A stretch of DNA of 64,000 bases from Escherichia coli. Its GTDB lineage: Bacteria; Pseudomonadota; Gammaproteobacteria; Enterobacterales; Enterobacteriaceae. The position numbers and the translations under genes are program-made. The stretch lies in NCBI RefSeq assembly GCF_017348835.2, contig NZ_CP071375.1, one strand, 5' to 3'. The notes beneath the pieces were generated by a model. It did not search any database, was not told where the DNA came from, and saw nothing but the letters and a program-made list of their open reading frames with translations. This document shows, piece after piece, positions 46,769 to 53,422 of this stretch (its first letter is position 1; the number at the start of each line of letters is the position of its first letter).

Positions 46769-47010
46769 AGTTACCAGTCTCATAGGAGCGGACAATTTTC
46801 CGTTAGGGCGGTAAATTGTACTTTGATACATGAAAATACGGGTTTTCTTGATTCAGACGCGCAGCGGTGTGCATTTGTTTGCCGCTTTAGCGAAATAAAT
46901 CAGAAAATCAGACGCGGTCGTTCACTTGTTCAGCAACCAGATCAAAAGCCATTGACTCAGCAAGGGTTGACCGTATAATTCACGCGATTACACCGCATTG
47001 CGGTATCAAC

Positions 47011-47087
47011 GCGCCCTTAGCTCAGTTGGATAGAGCAACGACCTTCTAAGTCGTGGGCCGCAGGTTCGAATCCTGCAGGGCGCGCCA
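47011..47087 (+). tRNA. argU: tRNA-Arg (anticodon UCU), argU
   Basis: 77 nt: gcgcccttagctcagttggatagagcaacgaccttctaagtcgtgggccgcaggttcgaatcctgcagggcgcgcca. Cloverleaf with a 7-bp acceptor stem, TCT anticodon in the CTTCTAA loop, GGTTCGAATCC T-arm and encoded CCA. Confidence 0.97.
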
Positions 47088-47102
47088 TTACAATTCAATC
47101 AG

Positions 47103-48265
47103 TTACGCCTTCTTTATATCCTCCATAATTCCACAGTGGGACATATTTGGGACATGATCACCAAAAATGTCGTCTATTTTCCTTGCATGCTCTGTCAAAT
47201 GATTAGGCGCAAGGTGAGCATACCTACGAACCATTTCTATGGACTCCCATCCGCCCATTTCCTGAAGCACAGATAATGGGACGCCTGACTGGATCAGCCA
47301 GCTTGCCCAGGTGTGTCTGAGGTCATGGAAACGGAAATCTTCAATTCCTGCACGACGACAAGCTGATAGCCATGATGTCTTGCTGTCGATGCGCATCTTC
47401 CTGACCGCAGGCGTTGATGTTCCATCTGCTCGCTTAGCCGCCTTGGTATGTACAAACACCCATTTGTGATGCTTGCCTATTTGATCACGCAACACTTTAC
47501 AGGCGGTATCGTTCAGCGCCACACCAATGGCGCGGTTTGATTTGCTCTCTTCTGGATTCACCCAGGCAACTCGTCGCTGCATGTCGATTTGTTGCCATTC
47601 CAGATTTATGATGTTCGACTTTCTCAGACCAGTTGCCAGCGCAAACTTGACGACAGATTTCAGTGGTTCGGGGCACTCATCAATAAGGCGTTTTGCTTCC
47701 TCCTTTTCCAGCCATCTGACTCGCTTGTTTCTGACCGCTGGTATCTTGATGACAGGCGCTTTTTCCAGCCACTTCCAGTCGCGTTCTGCAGCACGGAGAA
47801 TGGCCTTTATCATGGCAAGATGCTTTGCCTTTGTCTGAGTTGATACTGGCTTTGGTTCATAAACAGGCGGTTCTTTACCTTTCCTGATGGCGGCCTGAAC
47901 TTTCTGTTTCCATATTTCTTTCGTCTTTCTGTTATGCATTCTGCTTACAGCAGAGTAAATCTTTGCCTCCGAGATATCTTTAAGCCTTATACCCTCAAAA
48001 TGTTCAAGCCAGAACTCAATCCGGCTTTTATCTGAATCGAGAGATTTTTATCAGCTTTTTCCTCAAGCCATCTTAGGCAGGCCTCTTCAAAAGTGACATC
48101 AGGTAAATCCCCTAGCTTTTCTACTCGCCAGAGTTCTGCTTTTCGCTTGTCGTGCAACTCCTGAGCTTGCCGCTTGTCCTTTGTGCCAAGAGATTCCTTA
48201 ATTCGTTTCCCGCCCGGGAGCGAATACGAGGCATACCATATTTCATTTCTGCGGAAGAGTGACAT
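47103..48265 (-). pseudogene. intD: tyrosine integrase IntD-like, split by a -1 frameshift in an A/T run
   Basis: Two adjacent ORFs (92 aa at 47987-48265 and 278 aa at 47103-47939) together reproduce remembered IntD. The frames diverge at the run ttttt (48045-48049): the sequence reads [10 protein letters not shown] here versus the remembered [11 protein letters not shown]. The catalytic R..HxxR..Y region ([14 protein letters not shown]) is intact in the distal part. Confidence 0.8.
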
Positions 48266-48492
48266 TTTCTTTCCTCTGTTATGCCATCACCCGCGCTCAC
48301 CTGGACAGTATGCAGCGGAGACTGAAGCGCCGCAATGCAAGCTTGCCGTGTTGTGAGGTAAGGAGATTTTGGCTTGGTTGGATCTTTACGTGTTGCCTGT
48401 AGGCGGCCTGTTCGTATCCAGTTGGTGGCGGTTGGTCTGGATATCTTAAGAAACTGACAGGCCTCATCGAGTGTGAGGCTGTATGGCTCCAT
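48121..48492 (-). CDS. excisionase-like DNA-binding protein (Xis)
   Basis: Start at [31 protein letters not shown] (MerR/Xis-type HTH) with a GGTGA SD. The ORF runs into the int 5' region, so the true C-terminus is uncertain. Confidence 0.6.
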
Positions 48493-48797
48493 TATTTCAC
48501 CTCTTGCTGTGTCATTGTTGAAAAATGGATACCAGCTCGTTGCTGCCAGACGATCCAACCGAGAGTCATATCCCATGCCATGTATTCGTTATCGCCGTTT
48601 TTTGCTCTCCGACGATCTACTAAGTCACCGAAACGCTTTTCCATGAATAATTCATAGGCTTCGCGTTCATCTGGCTCTACTTCCAGAGATACGAGTGCGA
48701 TTTCATAAGCACGGCGCTCAATATCGTCTCGAACCTCTAGGCTGCTGATTCGTTCTTTGATTTCTTTAATCAGTTCTTTATTGGTAAATGTGGTCAT
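48492..48797 (-). CDS. YfdT-like prophage protein (101 aa)
   Basis: Same length and order as the remembered CPS-53 yfdP-Q-R-S-T cluster. Start and stop are coupled to the neighbouring genes. Confidence 0.6.
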   Translation of the reverse strand: MTTFTNKELIKEIKERISSLEVRDDIERRAYEIALVSLEVEPDEREAYELFMEKRFGDLVDRRRAKNGDNEYMAWDMTLGWIVWQQRAGIHFSTMTQQEVK

Positions 48798-49159
48798 TAT
48801 GCTCCAGCCTCCGGTGCTTTTGGCATTACTGCCCAGTGAGTGATATTGACGTTTTCAAGGTCCCCGACCTGAAATGTCCACTGCCATTCTCCGGTTTCTT
48901 TTTGTCCCCAGTTGTACCAGAGAGAACGCCAGCCAATCAGCCAGCCTTCTCCATTAGCATCAAATAACAGAACACTTTCATTTGCTGGTGGCAGTTCAGC
49001 TGACACTGGTATTATTTTGTTTTCCAGTGCCGCACATTTAGCTTCAAGCGCGTCGAATTTACGTAACAGGTACTCAGCATTTGTTTCGTTCACTTTCAGA
49101 TCTCGCGGTACACATTTCCCGCGAAGAAACCCTTCCATTTCGAAAACATTCATGCGCAT
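48797..49159 (-). CDS. DUF551 (YfdS-like) prophage protein (120 aa)
   Basis: C-terminal W-rich DUF551-like segment (GWLIGWRSLWYNWGQKETGEWQW...THWAVMPKAP). Confidence 0.65.
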   Translation of the reverse strand: MRMNVFEMEGFLRGKCVPRDLKVNETNAEYLLRKFDALEAKCAALENKIIPVSAELPPANESVLLFDANGEGWLIGWRSLWYNWGQKETGEWQWTFQVGDLENVNITHWAVMPKAPEAGA

Positions 49160-49686
49160 TTGCGTAACTCCGATAAATCGTTAAAACGTTCCATAAACAT
49201 CCCGTAGGCATGACCCGGTGCCAGTGGAATCACGTTGAACATCTCTGTTGCCGGGATGCCTTCCAGTACAGGCCAGAAAGAGCCATCATCAAGCCCGAGA
49301 TCGCGGCGTTCGGTTGCCAGCATGATGAGATCGGCATATTTCACGGGTGTACTCATAACTAGGGGTAACCCGTATTTCTCACGGATTACGGCGTCTATTT
49401 TTTCTTCCATTTGTTTATAGTCAGGAAGAAGGCGTTTCAGTGGTGCGGGAATGTCCTGGCAATACGCTTCTGTTGCATCATGCATTAACGCTTCAAAAGC
49501 AAATTCCTGCGGCACCAGCTGGCTGCAAAGAACCGCATGTTGGGCGACGCTGTAGAAGTGCGAAAGATGACCGGCAAAGCGACAGATATTTGAAAGGGAA
49601 ACCGCGATATCGTTAATATCGATGTCGTCTTTATTTATCTTGTCATAATAAAAATGCTTCCCGGAAAAAGTTTTAATAAATGACAT
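49150..49686 (-). CDS. HD-domain 5'-deoxynucleotidase-like protein (YfdR-like)
   Basis: Start at MSFIKTFSGKHFYY. H...HD motif (SVAQHAV...ALMHDATEAY) is typical of the YfbR/YfdR HD phosphohydrolases. Confidence 0.7.
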   Translation of the reverse strand: MSFIKTFSGKHFYYDKINKDDIDINDIAVSLSNICRFAGHLSHFYSVAQHAVLCSQLVPQEFAFEALMHDATEAYCQDIPAPLKRLLPDYKQMEEKIDAVIREKYGLPLVMSTPVKYADLIMLATERRDLGLDDGSFWPVLEGIPATEMFNVIPLAPGHAYGMFMERFNDLSELRKCA

Positions 49687-49813
49687 TTTGTTCTCCACGT
49701 ATATGCACTGCACCGCGCTGAATTCTGGTAAAAGGAAGCCCTCACCATCCGGTGATTATTGAGTTAATTACGTTTCCATAAATGCCCCCGCAGGGGCATT
49801 TGCAGTAATGAAA

Positions 49814-50638
49814 TCAGGCGGTGAAAGTACCAATAAAGGTTTCTACTTTGCTGTCTTTGAATTTCTCAACAAGCAGATCACGAAATTCGTTAGCCATTTC
49901 TTCCTGCACCGCTTCCAGCTGAATAATGCGCAGAACCAGTACAGGACGATCGCCAGTGATAATGCTGAGGCGTAATTTAAACGGACGTTCTTTCAGGCCT
50001 TCAAACGGAACGCATTTAAATTCAAATGCCACTGGCATAATGTCTTTGGTCTTCGCTTCGACAGACTCCATCAGGGAGCGTTTGCCGCTGAAGTCATTAT
50101 CTTCAAAATCAGCGGTCTGGTTTGCTTCAATCGTGATTTTACGGACTGCCGCAGCCGCTTTTGTTGCCTGAATGGCGTCACCATTAGCATCAAAGCCCAC
50201 AAGGTAGTCGGCCCAGTCTTCGATCCATTCTGCCAGTGACTTCTGGGAGTTACGCTCGCCGTTAACAGACAACAGAGCAGAGAACGGTGCTGTCTTTTTC
50301 AGTTTGAGAGTGGCAGTGTTATCTGCGTGACCTGGCTCATCAATAGTACCCAGGTTAAGCACACTGACGGCACGCATATTATCGGCATCGATAAAGCAGC
50401 GGGTGCCTTCATCTGCAAGATCTTTAGAATAACGGGTAAAATCATCGATGCAGGCAGTGGAAAGTGCACCACGGAAACGGAAGCGATTTAAATTAAATTT
50501 TTCCAGATCATGAATGCGGAAATTCTCAGGCAATGCCACAGCATCGGCACCAATCTTACTGATAATTTCATTAACACCCTGAGCAGAAATAAGGGCATGG
50601 ATTTGATTAATTGCAGTTGCGTCTAAGTTCTGAGACAT
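49814..50638 (-). CDS. DUF2303 (YfdQ-like) prophage protein (274 aa)
   Basis: Length and sequence character match remembered YfdQ. Synteny with the HD protein. Confidence 0.65.
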   Translation of the reverse strand: MSQNLDATAINQIHALISAQGVNEIISKIGADAVALPENFRIHDLEKFNLNRFRFRGALSTACIDDFTRYSKDLADEGTRCFIDADNMRAVSVLNLGTIDEPGHADNTATLKLKKTAPFSALLSVNGERNSQKSLAEWIEDWADYLVGFDANGDAIQATKAAAAVRKITIEANQTADFEDNDFSGKRSLMESVEAKTKDIMPVAFEFKCVPFEGLKERPFKLRLSIITGDRPVLVLRIIQLEAVQEEMANEFRDLLVEKFKDSKVETFIGTFTA

Positions 50639-50703
50639 AATAAGTCCTCACTATATAAAGATATTCAGTGATGAGATAAATAATCAGTTTATTACGAACG
50701 ATA

Positions 50704-51066
50704 TTAACGACCTGCTGCGCGGAGTTTTCCGTCAGGTTCACCGGCAAGAGTCAGTAATTGTCCCTGGTCTTCCTGCAGAATAGTCAGGCGACCACCGCGA
50801 TTGACATACATCGGCGTTTCGGTGGTGTCTTCTTCGGAAATTTTCCCGCGGTTAGTCGGGCGAATATATGAGAGTTTGTGTTTGATTTTCACACGGTTCT
50901 CATCAAATGGTTCGATTTCCAGGTTGAGTGAGACCTTACCTTTGGTTTTCGTGTTCATCACACCGGAAGCGACTTCACTGAGAACTGCGCCGATTTTGGT
51001 TTCAAATACGCCGCCGTCCAGCTCCCCGATAAATGCCTGCACATCAGTACTGCGTTCGCTAGCCAT
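50704..51066 (-). CDS. YfdP-like prophage protein (120 aa)
   Basis: Start placed at ATG 51066 (MASERSTDVQAFIGELDGG) behind a GAGGAG SD. The upstream extension in the ORF track lies in the GC-rich noncoding block. Confidence 0.6.
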   Translation of the reverse strand: MASERSTDVQAFIGELDGGVFETKIGAVLSEVASGVMNTKTKGKVSLNLEIEPFDENRVKIKHKLSYIRPTNRGKISEEDTTETPMYVNRGGRLTILQEDQGQLLTLAGEPDGKLRAAGR

Positions 51067-51099
51067 TTTGCTGCTCCTCATCATATCGACCCTGCAAGG

Positions 51100-51500
51100 C
51101 CGATTAGTTTCTCCACAAAACAGAGAAGAACACCTGTGGTGGCCGCCGCCCGGATGGATTGGGTTATGAGCCCGTCGTCCGGTGATGCTCTTCTCTGTTT
51201 TGTAAAAAGGACGGTACCAGCCGGAAGCAAGGGTACAAGCTGGTACCGCCAGGACTACACACAGCATAAAGTTGTGGTGCCGGGTGCCCTCCCGGTGCCT
51301 GGCGAAGGTTGCACACCAGGCGGGTGGGTATCCACAGAAGGTCGACTGTCAGCCTCAACCTTAACCCGCGTGCGCTGAGCCGCATTCACCACAACGCTAA
51401 GGATTCTCTCTGGTTGAAAATACTTAGCTGTTATGTGCCTGCTTTTAGCCACATCAGGCGAGGTGGACCTGGTTATTCCCCAACAACAAGGATTCGGTTA
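51100..51500 (+). ncRNA. candidate large structured RNA / structured leader (unclassified)
   Basis: About 60% GC in sampled 60-nt blocks and no credible ORF. Perfect helices: 51115-51129/51189-51203 (15 bp), 51212-51221/51239-51248 (10 bp), 51271-51279/51387-51395 (9 bp), 51305-51311/51356-51362 (7 bp), 51396-51401/51423-51428 (6 bp). Helix 51276-51284/51291-51299 has two G-U pairs valid only in the + sense. Strand and boundaries are tentative. Confidence 0.3.
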
Positions 51501-51536
51501 ATCTGGATATCCCCAACAACAATAAGAGTATTCAAT

Positions 51537-52052
51537 GTGATCGCTGAATTAACGGCAGCAATGACGGCTATTCGTGAAACAGCCCAGATTGCAAAACTAA
51601 TGAACGAGGCAAAAACTCAAGCTGAAGTAAATGCGGCTATTGGTGAGCTGAACTCAAAGCTTGCGTCTATTCAGCGCGAATGCGTGTCTCTCGTTGAACT
51701 GGTGGGCTCTTATCAAGAAATAAATGCTTCTCTCAAAGCTAAAATTGCAGAATTCGAAAACTTTGAGGCTCAGACGGAAGGCTATATCCTTAACCAACTT
51801 GAGTCGGGTACTTTTGTATACTCGAAGGAGGTAATCGTGAACGGTGGCAGCATAACCATGCATCTTTGCCCAAAATGTTTTGGACAAAAGATAGTATCGA
51901 TACTTCAACCATTCCCGGTTAGCGAAGATGAGCTTTTTCATAAAAGCAGGTGCCTCCACTGTGAAAATAAGTTTCTGATGAATAAAAATCCGGATTACGT
52001 ATCGCCTCCATCCATTGAGGAGTTGTCCAGAAAACTTAACGGCAATCTGTAG
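51537..52052 (+). CDS. hypothetical coiled-coil + zinc-ribbon protein (171 aa), convergent moron between early-left operon and cI
   Basis: GTG 51537 lies 8 nt after an AAGAG SD. The N-terminal ~75 aa are heptad-like (AQIAKLMNEAKTQAEVNAAIGELNSKLASIQRE...LKAKIAEFENFE). The C-terminus carries CPKC-x24-CLHC. It has its own terminator at 52092-52115. The opposite-strand ORF has antisense-like composition. Confidence 0.6.
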   Translation: MIAELTAAMTAIRETAQIAKLMNEAKTQAEVNAAIGELNSKLASIQRECVSLVELVGSYQEINASLKAKIAEFENFEAQTEGYILNQLESGTFVYSKEVIVNGGSITMHLCPKCFGQKIVSILQPFPVSEDELFHKSRCLHCENKFLMNKNPDYVSPPSIEELSRKLNGNL

Positions 52053-52077
52053 ATTACTACTGTTGTGGATATCCAGA

Positions 52078-52089
52078 TTGTTAAAGAGC
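52078..52089 (-). promoter_or_regulatory. rrn-type boxA (putative nutL) on the leftward early transcript
   Basis: Minus-sense aGCTCTTTAACAA matches the remembered rrn boxA consensus TGCTCTTTAACAA at 12/13. It lies about 200 nt downstream of OL and just after a hairpin. Confidence 0.5.
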
Positions 52090-52091
52090 TA

Positions 52092-52115
52092 AGCGTCCTG
52101 TAGGGCGCTTTTTTG
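52092..52115 (+). terminator. rho-independent terminator of the 171-aa gene
   Basis: agcgtcc-tgta-gggcgct hairpin (one U-G pair in the + sense) followed by T6. Confidence 0.7.
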
Positions 52116-52280
52116 TTGCTAACGAATCATCCTGGACTTCATATGCCCCAGGCGGCTACTTCGTGGGCGTCCTGCCTGTTCGTTTTTGACATTTACTGAC
52201 TGCTTACGACACATGCACCGTGTTGCAACCAGATTTTGTTGTAATCCTGTAGTTGGTCTGGAACAAAAGATAAAATTAAA

Positions 52281-52317
52281 TTGCGAGATATGCAAGCGAT
52301 ATTTGCGAGGTATGCAA
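52281..52317. promoter_or_regulatory. OL: two 15-bp repressor operators (pL region)
   Basis: TTGCGAGATATGCAA (52281-52295) and TTGCGAGGTATGCAA (52303-52317), with starts 22 bp apart. The same word family occurs in the cI-cro intergenic region. Confidence 0.6.
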
Positions 52318-52330
52318 ATTTATAGGTAGT

Positions 52331-52351
52331 AAAAAGCCACCTTTCGGTGGC
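52331..52351 (-). terminator. rho-independent terminator downstream of cI
   Basis: gccacc-tttc-ggtggc hairpin followed in the minus sense by T5, 20 nt after the cI stop. Confidence 0.7.
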
Positions 52352-52371
52352 CGATGGATGGGATATTGAGG

Positions 52372-53064
52372 TTAATTATGTCTCTTAAGGGTTTGCGACT
52401 GACTGATTAAGACCTTTCCAAAGACCATGAATCGGTGTTCGTTTTCGCTAGTAATTCCCCATTCACGGTAAATCTGGTTATCAGAAATCACCAGCAGTTT
52501 GTCAGGAATCATTTGAAGTCTTTTAACGTATATTTTGTCATCAAAACCAAAGACATATATACCATCACCATCAAACTGATTGATGCTGACATCAACGAAG
52601 ATGAGATCTCCTGGCTCAATGGTTGGACACATACTGTCCCCACGAACGTTGATAACTTTGATGTGATTGGCTGGTCGTCCGCCGAACATTGATACAGCAT
52701 TATCAGTTCTGTATTCGATGGCATGAATCACATCAATGACATCACCGCCCTGGATAAGGCCATTTCCCGCACTGGCACTGATATCCAGCATTTCAATACG
52801 GAACACATCCTTCACCTGCGCAACATCCTCATTATTACTGTTTTTATATACAGTATTACTTTTGTGGGCAGAGGTAAAGAGATCAGCAATATCAACACCT
52901 AAGCTCTTGGCAATATTACTCAGTGTTTGTTCGGTAAATTGTTTTTGCTTACCCGTTTCTAAGCGCGAGATGTTCGCCGCATCTACTCCTATTGCTTCAG
53001 CGAGATCGGCGATTTTCATGTTCTTCGCTTGGCGAAGTTGTCTGACTCGGTTTCCTATGTTCAT
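52372..53064 (-). CDS. CI-like prophage repressor (HTH_XRE + S24 LexA-like peptidase)
   Basis: 230 aa. N-terminal XRE HTH (IGNRVRQLRQAKNMKIADLAEAIGVDAANISRLETGK). C-terminal S24 motifs GDSM (nucleophile Ser) and YVKRL (Lys). Confidence 0.88.
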   Translation of the reverse strand: MNIGNRVRQLRQAKNMKIADLAEAIGVDAANISRLETGKQKQFTEQTLSNIAKSLGVDIADLFTSAHKSNTVYKNSNNEDVAQVKDVFRIEMLDISASAGNGLIQGGDVIDVIHAIEYRTDNAVSMFGGRPANHIKVINVRGDSMCPTIEPGDLIFVDVSINQFDGDGIYVFGFDDKIYVKRLQMIPDKLLVISDNQIYREWGITSENEHRFMVFGKVLISQSQTLKRHN

Positions 53065-53084
53065 GCGTTTATTACATTTCTTTA

Positions 53085-53147
53085 TTGCGTGATAAGCAAA
53101 TCAACTTGCGCAAAATAATTGCGTGAAATAACATGCATAACGCGCAA
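53085..53147. promoter_or_regulatory. OR: operator cluster between cI and cro (pRM/pR region)
   Basis: TTGCGTGATAAGCAA (53085-53099, +) and TTGCGCGTTATGCAT (53133-53147, -), plus TTGCG half-sites at 53106 and 53119. Same family as OL. Confidence 0.6.
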
Positions 53148-53161
53148 TATTTGGAGGGCAT

Positions 53162-53422
53162 ATGCAATCACCATTACGAAATGTGCGTAAGGCGCATGGT
53201 TTCACTTTGCAGCATGTTGCTGCGGGTGTTCAAGTCAATCCAGCGACGTTGAGTCGTATTGAGAGGCTGGAGCAGATTCCATCTATCGAGCTTGCAGAAC
53301 GTTTAGCCAATTTTTTTAAGGGTGAAGTCAGCGAAATGCAGATTCTTTATCCGGCACGTTTTCAATCTAGCCAAAACCAGAATGGGTTTAAACCACAGGA
53401 ACAGGAGGTGAACCGTGGGTAA
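53162..53422 (+). CDS. Cro/YdaS-like HTH antirepressor-type regulator (86 aa)
   Basis: Divergent from cI with a GGAGGG SD. XRE-type HTH (HGFTLQHVAAGVQVNPATLSRIERLEQIPS). Confidence 0.8.
   Translation: MQSPLRNVRKAHGFTLQHVAAGVQVNPATLSRIERLEQIPSIELAERLANFFKGEVSEMQILYPARFQSSQNQNGFKPQEQEVNRG

Noticed and set aside
51255-51452. 65-aa minus-strand ORF starting (M)AKSRHITAKYF, faintly reminiscent of the phage 21 N arginine-rich motif (TAKSRYKARRAEL, from memory).
   Set aside because: It has a GTG start with no SD (the upstream sequence is CCTCGCC) and only two Arg residues in the supposed ARM. The remainder is Pro/Gly/Thr-rich, as expected for a random frame in GC-rich structured DNA.
51070-51530. 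Retron msr/msd, type III toxin-antitoxin RNA repeats, CRISPR leader/array or transposon-guide RNA as explanations for the structured block.
   Set aside because: There is no reverse transcriptase, no tandem 30-40-nt repeats, no repeat-spacer periodicity, and no IscB, TnpB or IS110 gene anywhere nearby.
51309-51536. Upstream extension of the 171-aa gene to the TTG at 51309, as in the ORF track (247 aa).
   Set aside because: The extension translates the GC-rich helical region into an Arg/Pro/Ser-rich peptide that mirrors the DNA direct repeats (YSPTTRIRLIWISPTTIRV), and it lacks an SD. The GTG at 51537 has an AAGAG SD at proper spacing.
51654-51959. 101-aa minus-strand ORF, considered as the missing N-like antiterminator.
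   Set aside because: It has no arginine-rich N-terminal motif and an F/Y/L/K-rich composition typical of the antisense of a real gene. The opposite-strand 171-aa ORF has an SD, a terminator and a protein-like sequence.
51970-51990. CUGAUGA word resembling a hammerhead ribozyme core.
   Set aside because: It lies inside the coding sequence, with no flanking helices I/II/III or GAAA partner in a suitable arrangement. It is likely chance.
51475-52095. Invertible (phase-variable) DNA switch formed by the inverted 19-nt repeats around the moron.
   Set aside because: No invertase or recombinase gene is adjacent, and the segment would invert a whole gene together with its terminator. The repeats are better explained as a shared RNA or protein-binding word or as cassette boundaries. 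Not excluded, but unsupported.
52119-52214. 31-codon basic micro-ORF (MCRKQSVNVKNEQAGRPRSSRLGHMKSRMIR) just downstream of pL, considered as a mini N-like peptide.
   Set aside because: GGTG sits only 1 nt from the ATG, which is poor SD spacing. No supporting conservation is visible from a single sequence. I keep it only as something to check in alignments.
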